Source: Eledone cirrhosa (taxonomy: Eukaryota). From it: 64,000 bases of DNA. The stretch lies in assembly GCA_964016885.1 (NCBI GenBank), contig OZ024741.1, positions 54,312,001 to 54,376,000 of the forward strand, in the 5' to 3' direction. Below, in pieces: positions 12,624 through 29,564 of this stretch. Position numbers and translations under genes: made by a program. The notes beneath the pieces are model-generated. The model ran no database searches, was not told the DNA's origin, and saw only the letters and a list, made by a program, of their open reading frames with translations. Each line of letters starts with the position of its first letter. The stretch's first letter is position 1.

Positions 12624-13231
12624 GTGTGTGTGTGTGTGTGTATGTGTGTGTGTGTGTTTGTGTATGTGTGTGTTTGTGTGTGTGCGTGTTTGTGTATGTG
12701 TGTGTTTGTATGAGTTTGTGTGTGTGTATATACATATATATATGCATTTTTGTTTTACAAAGGGCGGAAGAACTCATAGGGGTAAACGACCAACCCAAAG
12801 TGTGTAAATATGTATATACACATGTACATCTGTGTGTATATGTGTATATGCATGGGTGCATGTGTATGTATATGCGCCGGGACATATAAATAGTCGGGCT
12901 GGACACCCGATCGCGCGGTTAAACCACTGGGAGTGAAGGACCCCTGGCCTTTCTCAGGGCATTCTTCTAGGAGAAAGCAACTCAGGAAACTGGGATAACT
13001 CCGATATAAAACCTGCGGCTCAGTAGTTACCGATGATGTTGATCTTTTGTTCTTTTCGTGTTATAGCTACTGTCGCTCAGAGTGTGGGATTGGCTCAGTG
13101 CACAGTCTTTCATCACTTTCAAAAATATCTTCACGCACAGGCATTGCACGATAGAATTAATTAATTATTATTAATAATGGTATATCGTGTAATGGCCATA
13201 CTCGATAACGTGGGGGCAGCCATCATGTATA

Positions 13232-13270
<39 letters not shown>

Positions 13271-13342
13271 TGATATCGAAAATCTCGATTTGGGAAGATA
13301 TAAGCTAGACCGACTAAAATAAATCAATTTACACGTATAGTT

Positions 13343-13441
13343 ACCCAACCATGCTTTCTGCAATCAGGAAACAATATCAATTATTCCAAAAGGCTGGAAT
13401 AATCAATATTGGAAGAATTACAATTCCATCATCAGGATTAG
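13343..13441 (-). ncRNA. Decayed HHR with long stem II
   Basis: Minus strand: CTGATGA-TGGAAT...CAATATTGATTATTCCA/TGGAATAATTGATATTG hairpin...ATTGCA-GAAA-GCATGG-TT. Stem I is weak. Confidence 0.45.
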
Positions 13442-13738
13442 AGTTCTTTTGAATAAGAGAAGTTAAATATATAGCATACATACCATGTTGTTGCTTAACT
13501 GCATGGTGTCCAACACATTGCTTCCTTGAATTACTATATCAAAATATATCCCACTCAATGTATTAGGACAATGCCACGGGCTTCGAGTGACGCTAGAAAT
13601 AGCAGCAAAAACCGTCAACACTGATGAAGCAGTTAAGTTTAATATGGTTAATTACTTCTTTGAGTAGATAATTTACTAATATATCTTATCCTCTCGTTGA
13701 AATCTCTAAGTATTAGAGACAGATATCTTTAAAAATTG

Positions 13739-13816
<78 letters not shown>

Positions 13817-14185
13817 TGCGTATGTGTGTGAGATTCTAGATAAATACAAGCAGAAATAAATATTTAGACTCACGCACACGAAACACACACACATGTGTAC
13901 ATTGTACATATATAATGTGTGTGTGTATTTTGTCGTATGTAAAAGCGGTGTGAATATTATCTGATGCACGCGTGGAAGAATATTTAAGTTTATATTCGAC
14001 CATATGTATGTAGATTATATCTACTGAAGTATTAAATATCCAACAAATGAAACATCTGTATACATACCGGATCAAATTAAGCATACAATAAGTACTATAA
14101 GTGTTATGAGTGTCATAAGTGTTATGAGTGCTATTTCTAATTTCTTAAAGATACACACAAACACACACATATATAAAATGAATAC

Positions 14186-14236
<51 letters not shown>

Positions 14237-14251
14237 CTTGTGTGTGTGTGC

Positions 14252-14319
<68 letters not shown>

Positions 14320-14822
14320 TTGTGTGTTTGTGTGTATTTGTAGCGCTTTGTTGTTCATTTTATTAGAGCTAAATAGTAAGTCTTATTACTCTGGAGTTTC
14401 GCCTCTTTACGATAGAATCATCAGAACCCCATATTCAATAAAATGAATATTAACACTATACTTCGATACTGAGTACTTTTTTCTCTCAGAGAGAGATTAT
14501 AGTAGTAACCGGTTTTCGTTAGAGGAAATCGAAGACTGTGTCAACATGTGAATCTCTTATCGTAGTGTGTCCGTGGTGAAGGTAATTCCTGGTCTATTTA
14601 TATATGATATAATATATCATATGAATGCACGATTTTCGCATTTGAAGGATTAACATTTATTACATAACTGTCACGTGTTTCGTCAATAAGTAGGTGAGCA
14701 TATCTAGAATCGCTAATCCGATAGGTTTTTATCTGAAAAATCGATTTCCAATACTATGCGTCAGCACTGTGGCAAATCGACTCCTCGGAGTTTAACAATG
14801 TTTTCATCTCTACAGGACATCG

Positions 14823-14890
<68 letters not shown>

Positions 14891-15049
14891 GACGAATCCA
14901 GGTTGTATAAAATTATAGTAGTATTGAAATGTATTGAGAGATAAGGCGACGTGTCCTCAGACTCTGAGAGATTAGACATAATACAAAGGGAGTGTAACTC
15001 CATAGGTATTTTGTTTATGTACATCAGGAAACTAGACTTTTATGTAATA

Positions 15050-18000
15050 AATATATATAACCCCTAAAATGACCGGTGACAATAACAAAAAAAATGAAGA
15101 CTTCCTAGATACATCTAATCCACAAAGCAAAATGCCAATTTAAGGGTCTTCAATACACACCATCCATTCGGGAATACTAACATCAGGAAAGACTATAAAA
15201 GAAGGAGAATATCTCTTAGAGGTTATGAATAAACACAACATTATTCTACATACAGTACCAGACTATCCTACGTACAGACATATTAACAACAGAACCTCAA
15301 CAATAGGCCATTAGTGGTCTTCACTCCCAGCTTCTCAGTTTATAGAAAACTGGGAATTAAGCCACAATATGGATATAGGGTCGGACCAAGCCACCAACAC
15401 TTTTAATATTGCAATTCCTATAACCAACGAAAACCTGAGCTATTGTCAAAGACACCAAATAAAGCTTAAAGTAGGAAAATATCAATTTTACAAAACTGAC
15501 TGGATTAAGTTTACTAAATACTTAGAAGCAGAACTATCACCCCACAACACATTTTACAATATCCAATCAGCTGAAGTGCTAAAAACAAGTATACAAATAT
15601 TTATCGACAAAATACAGGATAAATTACGCATTTCGATCAAAATAAAAATAACATTAATAAGGATAACAACTACAATAAGGCATGGTGGAGTGAATAACTA
15701 AAACAACTAAGAAGGGAAATAACTCAGTCATTAAAAAAAGTGGAAATACCTTCTACAGATTCCAATTATAAAAAATACAAAGAACTAAAGAAAAAGTTGA
15801 AAAGGCTAATAAAACAAGCACAAAATGATTTCTGGGCTATCAAACCTAACCTTGAGTCCATGGGTGATATATGGAGCATATACAATTCAATAATGACTGA
15901 ACGAAAATCAAGAGCTATTGATGCATAACTGCAATGGTGAGGTAATCTCAGACAATTCCAAACTCTCTTCGCTATTTGCAGAATCGTTATTTGGCAATGC
16001 TTCATTTACAGAATCAACTACCCATTGCAAAGCTACTGATCCTCTCAATCCAAACGTAGATTTTCCCCCTATTACTGAACAAGAACTACTCGCAATTAAA
16101 GATGAGTTGAAAATGGAAACGGCCACAGGTGCCGATTGTATATCCATGTTAATCCTCAATTAAGCATGGAGTGTAAATCATGAAATAGTGCTAAACTTAT
16201 TTAATAGTATAATAAAATTCCAACGCCATCCAGATATATAAAACTTTATTCATACATTAGTAATTCCAAAACCAAATAAGGATAACTACCACGCTACCAG
16301 AGCATACCCTCTAATAGCCTTACTAAGCAATCTTTCTAAAATGCAAGAAAAGAATATAGGCAATAGATTATCTTAGGAGAGTCAATGGACATTTTTCCCA
16401 AATCCCAGATCGGTTTTCGAGTGAATAAAAACACTGAGAATTGTGCACATGAAATAGCCACATTCATCAAAAACTCAAAACTCATGACAAAATCGACCAG
16501 CTTGATCTCACTAAAGATAAGTGGGGCTCTAGTCATAAAACTACACCAATTTGAAATCCCCAAATATCTTTGTAGCTGGGTTGAAAGCTTTCTCACTCAT
16601 CGTAGTACAAGTTTGATTCTTGGAAACGAGGAAAGCAAAACACTTTACATTTTAAAAGGCCTCCTACAGGGTTCACCAGACTCACCCATTCTATTTCCAT
16701 ATTGCACAACAGACTTGTTTACATCTCTAAATAAAATTGTAGAAGTATCAGATTTTGAAGATGATATCAACTTATATACTTCCTCTAGTACCATCAACAA
16801 CAACAAAACCAAATTATGCACAGCCCTATCAACTGCAACAGAATGGGCAAAAGAAAATGGCCAACAATTTGATCCCTCTAAACCACAACTGGTTCATTTC
16901 CATAATCCTGAACCCATCAATTATCAATGTGATGAAATATATATGTTGTATAAACTGCTGATACCACAAAAATCCATCAAAATACTAGGCATTTGGTTAC
17001 AATCTGACTTGAAATGGAAAATTCATCTCAAAAACGTACTGAAGACAATGGTTTCAACATGGCATGCAATTAAAGTAAACTCAAAGAAATTCCCCCGCCT
17101 AACATACAATCATTTGACACTGTATAAACAGGTACTACCTATCTTCGAGCTACTGATGGATTCCGTACCCAAATTGGTAAATCTATATTGGGATGTCTAA
17201 GATAGCGATTTTCATGAAGCAGAGTTAACCCCTACTTACTTGTTCATAGAAGAGTCAAGGAAACATAAATTACTAACTGCTCAGTTTAAATACAAAAGAA
17301 AATAGCGTGATACTTGACTTCCTCCATGTGTAGAACAATTAAAATCGTTTAAAAACACAAAATAGGAAGCAAAATAACTCCATAACATTATCACACAGTC
17401 AATCTCTTTTAGCAGCTGGGTCTGCTACACAGACGGGGCACATTCAGACAAGGGAGTTGGTTGTGGAGCTACTTGATCTTTCAAAAATAATTATAGAGAT
17501 ATGAAAATCAGATTACTTCGAGATTACACAATATTTGATGCAAAATGGTGGGGAATTACATTATCCATAGATTCAGCTAAGGTATTGCCTTGGAAAATGG
17601 TTTTCTATTTACTGATTGTCTATCGAGCCTAGAACTGCTGCAGTCAAGAATGCTCTGCTGAAAATAGATAATTACCTCTCAGAAAATAATAAAGAAATAA
17701 TAGTGGTTTAGAAGCCTGGCCATACAGATGTTTGAAAAAATAGGAAAGCAGACGAATGAGCAAAGGAAGGAGCACAAACGGAAATAATAGATACAGACTA
17801 CATCCCAAATAGGTACAGGTAAAATCATTTAGCAAACATATAATTAGTCAAAGGGGGGAAATATTTTGGAACGAATCCAGGGATAAGATCACAAATTTCA
17901 ATCCCCCAAATTTTCAACCAGATTGATAACACTTAGAACCTATGGATCATTGAGTAATGCAAATAAAATAGGGCTATACTCTCGTCGAACTGGACATATA

Positions 18001-18250
18001 CCTTGAACAACAATCTATCAAGATTCACCTCTGTGTTCTTGTGGTTACTCTCCAGAACCTCTTTGGCACTATTTGTTTCAATGTAGAAACTATCAGTCTG
18101 AGAGAGAGGCCATATTGAAACTGATCTTTAAAAACTACCAAGATTGGAAGTTCAATATATGGTTAAATGTCTGCCAAATATAAACAAAACCTTTGAGTAC
18201 ATGGAAGCTACAAAAAGATTCAGCAACAGAAACAGTTTTACAGTTTCCCT
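15050..18250 (+). pseudogene. Decayed I/Tad1-like LINE with APE, RT, RNase H and CCHC domains
   Basis: GSDQ (from SDH), KTDW, ATGADCI, QIGFR, QGSPDSPILF and FEDD (from YADD). RNase H motif WVCYTDG near 17417 and NRKADE. CSCG...HYLFQC near 18033. Many stops and frameshifts. Confidence 0.8.
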
Positions 18251-18299
18251 TGCTTCCTATTTTCCTTTTCTTTTTCATTTTCTAATACATAATCTACCT

Positions 18300-18505
18300 C
18301 CCACTGGCCTCGTAGGACACCATGCTTCGCAGCGTAGAGTTATGGTCTTTTACGATCTGAGTTCAAATCTTGCCGAAGTTAGCTTTGCCTTTCATTCTTA
18401 CGGGGTCGATAAAATAAAGCAACAGTAATGCACTGGGGTTGATTTAATCGACTTTCCCCGCCCCTTCAAATTGCTGACCTTGTGCCTAAAGAAGAAACAA
18501 TTATT
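18300..18505 (+). mobile_element. tRNA-derived SINE
   Basis: Family core and tail as at 4143. Confidence 0.85.
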
Positions 18506-18779
18506 TGAAACTTTTATTTTAATTTTATTTTATTTCTGTTTTTTTCTTCTTTTTTTAATCTATCATTTTTTTATTTCTTGTCTCACTAGCTTTTTTGATT
18601 ATAAACCGTAAGGAGGACTCGATATTTACCGTAGTCTGTCATGGCTTCCTAGCTCTATATGGACGTTTAAATTGATTAAATAAATAAACAAGAACAAAAA
18701 TAACGAAAAACAATGACATGTAAAAACTGATTTAAGTTATATTTCAGTCGATGGGTTTGACGGAAGGTTATGCCGGAAA

Positions 18780-19440
18780 AAGAGGTTTTTTTTTTTTAGT
18801 GCTTACAAATCATTTTGCCCTCTAATTTGAGGGTGGTGGGGTTGTATTTGAATTTGATGATTTCTGTGGATTCCGCCTTAGAGAGGCCACATTGTCGTTC
18901 GCTCACGGAATAGGGTGCAGCTCGTTTGAGAATGCTTTTAAACATCGAGTTGTTGTCCTTAAAGTTCCAAATTAGGACAACTTACCCCATGCTTGAATGT
19001 TTGTTCCTGAGATTGAAGAAATTGGTGTGGTTATATAATCGGGACTTAAACGTTGTGAACGTGACCCCGATATAAATACACCTGTTTTTTTATGCGCCAC
19101 CACGTCTCATTGGTACACGATGTTTTTAACCAGGCAATTGTTTCATACTGGGCATTCATTACTCTTTCGGCAATTCCATCTTTGGGCAGCCATAAGCCCT
19201 GTGGGTTGTGCGTTGTCATTGTTGGTGTGTTCCATATCGATATTTTAGTTTGTTACAGCGGCATTGATTTGCTTTGAACTATAAAGTGTTATATCATGTC
19301 GGTGTGACTTGTCAACTATTGATCTGTTTGTGTTGATGTACGCTTTCATTTTTGCACTATTTATAGATGCTATACTGTCGGCTAGGTTGGGTGTAGTTGA
19401 AAACGAGAAATGTTACGATTTGTCTGCTAAAAAGTCTAAG
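18780..19440 (-). pseudogene. Decayed PLE GIY-YIG C-terminus
   Basis: Minus-strand translation shows SFSTTPNL, YIGVT..TFKSRLYNH, IWNFK and a terminal CKH. Same subgroup as 26790-27650. Confidence 0.65.
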
Positions 19441-19589
19441 GTACCTATATGAGATGGAGGGGGGTTTTGTAGAGCCCTGAAGAAAATGCCGGGGATAGTG
19501 ATACTAACATGTCTTGAGTAAAGTGCATTGAAACATATCACGTGTCATCTACACACCCGGAAATGTCTTCTGTGGTTATTATCACCGAA

Positions 19590-19812
19590 GGGCGGTAGAT
19601 TGGCAGTATCTTTAGAGAGTCGGACACCATGCTTTGCAGCATAGAGTTACGGTCCTTTACGGTCTGAGTTCAAATCCCGCCGAGGTTAACTTTGCCCTTC
19701 ATCCTTATGGGGTCGATACAATAAAGATCCAGTAACGTACTGGGGTCAATTTAATCGACTTTCACCTCCCCACAAATTACTGGTCTTGTGCCTATATTAG
19801 AAATAATTATTA
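19590..19812 (+). mobile_element. tRNA-derived SINE, near full length
   Basis: GGGCGGTAGATTGGCAG head, GAGTTCAAATCC, family core and ATTATTA tail. Confidence 0.88.
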
Positions 19813-20246
19813 CCGAAGCTTTTGCTACAAATGTTACAATTGTTCTCGGTATTGTAGTTTCCATTATTATGGTCGGTGTTTCTCCATCACAATAATTATT
19901 ATAATCTCTCTTGTAATATTTTGTATATCACAACTGTTGTGCTTGATTATAGTACTACTATCGGCTCTCAGGTGGACACGTTTAATCTTGATGTAATTGT
20001 CCCCACCGTTACCTCCTCAAAGTCCGTTACCTTTTTTTGTATCTATGGGCCTTACTATTATGTCTATATCTGGTATTTTAAGCTATGTTATCTATGTTCC
20101 AGCACCTTCTGTCAGAAATGGGAAAGGTTATGTTACCATTATTGTTAATATGGTTAAATTTCGAATAAGTTGAAAATACAACAGTTTATACGCCCAAGAA
20201 AATTTAAAGCTCAAATGATTTTATAGTCCACAATATGAAAGGTAAT

Positions 20247-20348
<102 letters not shown>

Positions 20349-20349
20349 G

Positions 20350-20396
<47 letters not shown>

Positions 20397-20770
20397 CTGT
20401 GTGTATGTATGTAATGTGTGTGTATGTGTTTGTTATGCCTATATGTTTTCCACGTTGTATCTGTAAGTGTGTGGCAAGTAAATTTCTCAATGTGTGTGAA
20501 GCTGCGATGAAAGAGAAGGAGATGGGAAAGGCTTCCATAGATTTCTGACCGTAAACTATGGTAGATCAATAACGCCAATTTCATTCCACAGCTACCTTTC
20601 AAATGAAATATCGAAAGCATTCCATTAAAAGACCATTCAACTGTCAAATCTCTCTCTCACTCTCTTTTTTTTTCTTACTCTTTAGACACTCTCTCTCTTT
20701 CTCTCTCTTAATCTTCCCACCACTTTTCAACTCTTTCGCGTTTGGTATCACGCACGCACGCAAATATATA

Positions 20771-20884
<114 letters not shown>

Positions 20885-20885
20885 C

Positions 20886-20984
<99 letters not shown>

Positions 20985-22187
20985 TATATATTTATCTATA
21001 TCTATCTATGTATACTCACACACACATATATGTGCTTTTTTGTGTGTGTATATATATTATATATAATTTATGCATGTATGAATGAAACATAAGGGCAGGC
21101 ATGGCTGTATTGTTAAGAAAATCGCTTTGCACCCACATGATTTTTTTATGTGATCCCACCACGGGATCCTATATATGCATATTGTGTGTGTGTGCGTCAT
21201 GTGGATGTTTGCATGTAGATACACACACCTATACACACATATATAATGATATACATGTGCATATATATTTGTATGTGTGCTTGTATATATGTATATATGA
21301 ATGGACGTGTGTCTCTTTGTAAGTATGAACGTGTGTATGTATACAAGATTTACTAATCTATCCAGGTATATGTAACTACGTGTCGCAGCATGTTTGTACG
21401 TGTATATAAACGTCTCCCTACAGAGGTTTCCCCTTGTCATCACCACCACCATCACCATCATAACCACCAAATCCCCAACAACAACTACAACAACAACACA
21501 AAGATCAACACAACTACAACCACCACTACCAGCACTACCGCTCCACCACAACTACCACACAACAACCATCAACACAACTACCACGACCATCAGCACTACC
21601 CCCACCACCACCACAACTACAACCATCAACACAACCACCACCACTACCTCCAACATCACCACCACAACCATCATATATTGTGGGTTTCTCAATATACATA
21701 TATATACATACATATGCATCAATCTATTTATCATTTTCTCTCTCATCCTCTCTCTCTCTCTCTCATCATCATTCTCTCTGATTCTCTTTTCTCCCACACT
21801 GACTCTCAGCCTCCCCCTCTCCCTTCCCTCTCTCTCTTTCTCTCTCTCCTCCCTCTCCCCCCTTCACTTTCTGCATCTTTCTTCCTCCCCTTTTCTCTCT
21901 TCTTCTCCCACCGTCTCTTAATCTCTTTGTTTCAATTTTCTTTATAGCAACCATACTTTTTCAACCCAATTCGTGATGTTTCAAAATATATTTTACTTTG
22001 CCAACCTCAGTGAATACGTTAGATTGTCTTTTACCACAGTTGAGAGGTGCAAACAAAATTATATGTTATACTTCACTGAAATATCAGATTTATTCAATAA
22101 TCAGCTATATTTCCTTAGCCTCACCACCACCATCACTACCAACATCACGCCATCATCGTTATCATCATAATCATAGTCATAATAATA

Positions 22188-22375
22188 ATAATTGTTTCTA
22201 CTTTTGGCACAAGGCCAGCAATTATTCCAGTACATTACTGGTACTTTATTTTATCGACCCTGTAAGAATGAAAGGCAAAGTTGTCCTTGGCGGGATTTGA
22301 ACTCAGAATGGAAAGGGCCGTAATTCTATGCGTCAAAGCATGACGTCCGACCCTCTACCGATACTGCCAATCCAA
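22188..22375 (-). mobile_element. tRNA-derived SINE
   Basis: Reverse complement of the family. Confidence 0.85.
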
Positions 22376-22385
22376 ATATATTAAT

Positions 22386-22416
<31 letters not shown>

Positions 22417-23378
22417 GTCATTATCATAATTAATATCGTCATTACCATCATCATTATCATGGTCATGGTCATCATCATCATCATCATCGCCCTTCCCTTT
22501 TCCTCCATCCTCTCCCTCTTCTTCAGCTCCTTTTCGACTTCCTCCTCCTCCACATCATCATCATCATTAACGTCAGCATCACCAACATCACCACTGTCAC
22601 CACCACCATCATTATCACCATCATTATCATCACATACATCATCAACACCAGCACCCACCACCACCACCACTACCACTATCATCGACATTAATCGTCATCA
22701 TCATCAACATCATTATCATCAGCATCACCACAAACACGACCACTTTTCTAATCAACATCAACAACAACATTAACATCCACATCAGCATCAGCATCTTATC
22801 ATCATAACCACCAACACCACCTCCTTCTTCATGAGCATCATCATCATTGTTATATTTGTGTGTATTGATGTCATGTAAGAAATCATCCTCAGCTTTTATT
22901 TATTTTTATATTTAGTATTTTGTAAGGTTTTATCTTCAGTCATTTTATATTATTTTATTTGTTTTATTGTTCTTTGAATTGTGTTAAAACTTATTTTTTC
23001 TGTCTTTTATTCAATTCTTTCTTCCTTTCTTACGTTCTTTCTTCATATTTCCAACATAGACCTTCACTGCTTGACGTATCTTCAAGCCACTTCCCTTCCT
23101 CCCTGTTTATTGCCATTGTTGTCCACTTATACTTACTTTCATCGCCTTCCTGTATATCTATCGAGTCGTTCACTCTATCTCCTCTTCTGACTTTCGTCTT
23201 CCTCTCCAACTCCGTTCATCTCATGGAATCCACCCCACTACCATTCATTAAGTCCATTCATTGTCCCCTGTTCTTCCTAAATGTCCGCACTACTTCTACT
23301 AAGTGCTTTTGGTATTTTTCGACCTTTTGTCTTCGTTCTTAGCTCCACACACCGAATTTTGTCTTTCAACGTGGTACT

Positions 23379-23528
<150 letters not shown>

Positions 23529-23849
23529 TTAATTAAATTAGTAACTTTGCCGTATTTTTTTACTACAGAAAATATTCTAATAACAAAATACCGTATAAGC
23601 TCCTGGAAGGGAAAACAAAAATGACCATTAGCATGCGCGAGAATCAAACCCTCTCTTCTTTGCGATAAGTGTGCTCGCCGATTACACCGACATACACCGT
23701 TTTTCATTGTTAAATTTAGAGATTCCAATGTAAGTAGCGATATATTTATAAACATCAAGTGAATAGAAGATGGCGGTGGAATTTAAAAATGGTAGAAAGG
23801 GAATCAGGGCCAGAGATCAATAATTGATATTTTTACTGTCTCTGATCTC

Positions 23850-24345
23850 TTCGATTCTGTGCTGGATGTTCGTGTTAAGAGGGAATGGGGTTGAGCTGCC
23901 AAGTTATCAATATCTAGTTATCTACCATTTGAGACTACATAAAGCCAAAGAAGCCCACAAAATTGGCCTGTCCAGGGCGACCTACAGGATAAAGTGGGAA
24001 GCGTTGGTGGATCAGGAAGTCAGGACCAGGTATGCAGATACAATTGCATTGAAATTCAGAGCATTCCCTGAGTAAACTGTGGACGTTAAGAGAGTGAAGA
24101 TTGTTCAGTTTCTGCTTCCGATGTTAAATGCTGTGGGCGAAAGAGGCTTGGTGTGGTGCCAGGTGTCAGGATGGTTCAATCAAGAGGTCAACAATACCAC
24201 CTCAGCAAAGAAAGCTTGGTTGTAAATAAGTCCTCGTTCTTGCATTGCGGTACAAGCAGGCACGAAAAATCGCAGCAGAGGAGGTAAAGATGTCTAAAGT
24301 TGAGGCATGGGAGAACTTCGTAATATGAAGTCCTCTTTCCACACC
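23850..24345 (+). pseudogene. RTE-like LINE ORF fragment (post-endonuclease region)
   Basis: LVIYHLRL, RIKWEAL, WFNQEV and YKQARKIAAEEVKMSKVEAWENF. Confidence 0.55.
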
Positions 24346-24533
24346 TGCTATCAGGAACGTGTCTGGGGTTCTCCTCTCTTCGGAGAGGTGTATCCTCGCG
24401 AGAATACTTTGTTGATCTTTGAAACCCGATCGCAACAGTTGCTTTTGGTGTTGGGAGAAGTGATTAAAGAGGGGAGGTTGAAAGCAAAGGATGGCTGAAT
24501 AGAGAAGGATGTGGTAAGGTAGGCAATGGAGTG

Positions 24534-25040
24534 AGAAGAAGAAGAAGAAGAAGAAGAAGAAGAAGAAGAAGAAGAAGAAGAAGAAGAAGAAGAAGAAGAA
24601 GAAGAAGAAGAAGAAGAAGAAGAAGAAGAAGAAGAAGAAGAAGAAGAGAGCTTTAGGAAAGAAGGGTAGGAGAAGGCTAGACATAAAGAGCTATGTGATC
24701 GGATAAGAATTTATATCCACCCAATGACAGTTCTGTAATACACCACGTGATAAAGTTATATGAAGAAGATTGGAGTAGAAGTCATAGCTTCTAGAACCTA
24801 CTAGAAAGTACTAACAGACGTTCTTGGTAAATCTCTCTGACTATTGGCACGGATTGAGTAAATTCCTCGAGGAATTTTTAATTTCCTTAGTTGAGAGATG
24901 TTTCTATGGTGGTGGTGGTGGTGGTGGTGGTTGGTGGCGGTGGTGTTGGTGATGGTGGTGGTGGTGTTGGTGGTGGTGGTGGTGGAGTTGGTGGTGGTCG
25001 TGGTGGTGTTAGTGGTGCTTGGTGGTGGTTGTGTTGGTGG
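24534..25040. repeat. Copy 1 of an inverted duplication (partner at 47115-47587)
   Basis: (GAA)n, about 260 bp of unique sequence and a (GGT)n tract are all reverse-complemented at 47115-47587. Confidence 0.9.
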
Positions 25041-25767
25041 TGGTGGTGGTAGTGGTGAAATCTGGTATATGACAGATGCAGGTGATCCTAGCAGTTGATT
25101 CTGTCCATTTTTTTACATGCCCCCAGGAGTATAATATCCATCCTAATCAAATAAATCAACTAATTATTTATAGTTCATTTTGCAACGTTGAAGCTATATA
25201 TATATATATAAATGTAATCTGAGTTCTTCGAATATTAATAATAATATTCAATTCGTTTGTAATTATGCAAACAGCCTCTTTTATAAGCAATGTCAGTAGA
25301 ATGAGCCCCTTATTCTCGCTCTTGTGTTGGCATGCAAACAGACCTGCAGAGACTAATGTTTCTGAGTGATTAACCTTCATCAGTGAAGTTTACTGCTTCC
25401 CTGCCAAATCTTAGATCTAGTGAAAATATATGATTTTTTCCGAAATATATAGTGACTGATCGGCCTGATTTGCATATTAGCAGACTGGCTGATCAGTCAT
25501 ATCTGCATATTAGCAGACCCACTGACTAGCCAGATTTGCATGTCAGCAGATAGGTCAGTCAGTTTCATGTATACGAGCGATTAATGGCCGGCTTTGCCAT
25601 ATTCAAATAACTAACAACTAGTTATCGCTCTACATGGCTGAATACAATAAATACAATCTGAGTTTTTCGATTCGTTTCCAATTATGCAAACAGCCTATTT
25701 TATAAGCCATGTCAGTTAATTAAGCCTCTCATTATCGCATTCAGCCATGTAGAGCGATAACTAGTTG

Positions 25768-28158
<2,391 letters not shown>

Positions 28159-28213
28159 GAGAGGTTTTTTTTACAAAATGAAAAATAACCGAGGTGTCCT
28201 ACACGAGTGAAAG

Positions 28214-28512
28214 TATAAAGAAAAAGAGATGAAATCGAAAATGCAACTGGAGTCTTATTTCTTTTTTTAAATATATATATTTATTTGGTTCCTTTACCGG
28301 TTTTGCAGTTCTTCTGCTTTTCAAAAGGTGAGTTGAGATGGAGGGTCTGTGGTTTTTCTCAGATGTGAGAAAAACCACAGACCCTCCATCTCAACTCACC
28401 TTTTGAAAAGCAGAAGAACTGCGAAACCGGTAAAGGAACCAAATAAATATATATATTTTAAAAAAAAATAAGACTCCAGTTGCATTTTCGATTTCATCTC
28501 TTTTTCTTTATA
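28214..28512. repeat. Foldback cassette with about 148-bp arms and a 4-nt spacer
   Basis: Centre TTTTTCTCA gatg TGAGAAAAA at 28362-28365. Flanked by (TA)n. A related single arm lies at about 55985-56160. Confidence 0.95.
28399..28436 (+). ncRNA. Minimal HHR with U3-A8 core variant
   Basis: CCTT-TTGAAAA-GCAG aagaa CTGC-GAAA-CCGG-TA-AAGG. The mirror copy at 28291-28328 has G12 changed to A. Confidence 0.75.
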
Positions 28513-28747
28513 TATATATATATATATATATTTCGTTTCTCAATTTGTTTAGTAAGATTCTTTATCTGAAAACGTGTGTTGAAACCGATATTGTTATACT
28601 TTGGGAGGGTCATGTTGCCAATAAGAAACATACGCACCAGCTGCTATCACTTCAATTTATTATAAATTAAATTTATAAATTTAAGTATTTATAAATTTGC
28701 TGTTGGTTGGTTGGTTGGTTCCACAACCGGACGGTTGTTCATATATT

Positions 28748-28790
28748 GTCAAAGTTCTTTCATCACACATTCTGTGACCTCTTCAGTGAC
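28748..28790 (-). ncRNA. Minimal HHR in the inverted pLTR
   Basis: Minus strand: GTCA-CTGAAGA-g-GTCACA gaatg TGTGAT-GAAA-GAAC-TT-TGAC. Confidence 0.7.
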
Positions 28791-29521
28791 TGGGGATTCT
28801 TCTCTTTGTTTTGTGCCTCTCCTTTGTTCTGTCCCACGCCTTCTTGTTTTTGTGTGTGTTGTGTGCTTAGTTTGCGTATGTGTTACATCCGGGTGTCTGT
28901 GTGTGTTTTTATTTGTTTATTTATTTGTTTATTTACATGTTACTGGTTGGATGTTTGTTCTATGTGTGTATGTGTGTGTGTAACTAAATAGTTAACTTAA
29001 ACTAAATATTAAGATAGTAGAAAGACCCGGTACCTCCATAAAAACACTTATTAGTAATAAATACCCTTTTCAAAGACCTCTCTGTATAGATAAGAAATGC
29101 ATAATCTGTAACCTAAGCCCCCATATTAACTGTAAAACTAGAAACATAGTATATAGCATAAGATGTACTGAAGGACAATGTAAAGATAAGAATATAGTGT
29201 ACATAGGTGAGACAGCTCGTAGTATAGGAGAACGATTAAATGAACACTAGCGAGAGCTTCAAGATAGAAAAGATTCATCAGTACTCCACCAACATGCTAA
29301 AATAGAACATAAGGGCAAATTAGAGAACATAGAAATAAAAATAAAATCTACATACAGAAAAGACGCAATGTTTAGACAAATCACAGAGGCAATAAACATG
29401 AATGAACTCCAACCAAAATTAAATAGAAAACATGAATGGAATAGCAACATCACAACTTACAATTAAGGAAAAAATGAAAGAGGCACACATGAGAGGCACA
29501 AAACAAAAAAAAGAACCCCCA

Positions 29522-29564
29522 GTCATTGAAGAGGTCACAGAATGTGTGACGAAAGAACTTTGAC
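29522..29564 (+). ncRNA. Minimal HHR in the 3' pLTR (C3 changed to U, probably inactive)
   Basis: GTCA-TTGAAGA-g-GTCACA gaatg TGTGAC-GAAA-GAAC-TT-TGAC. Confidence 0.62.

Noticed and set aside
13615-13650. CTGATGA on plus as an HHR
   Set aside because: No downstream GAAA or stem arrangement.
21947-22045. Internal exon after a long polypyrimidine tract
   Set aside because: A TAG acceptor and an open frame exist, but the donor is weak, I recognise no protein, and the tract is a CT microsatellite.
25340-25390. CTGATGA on minus as an HHR
   Set aside because: I could not pair stems I and III around a GAAA.
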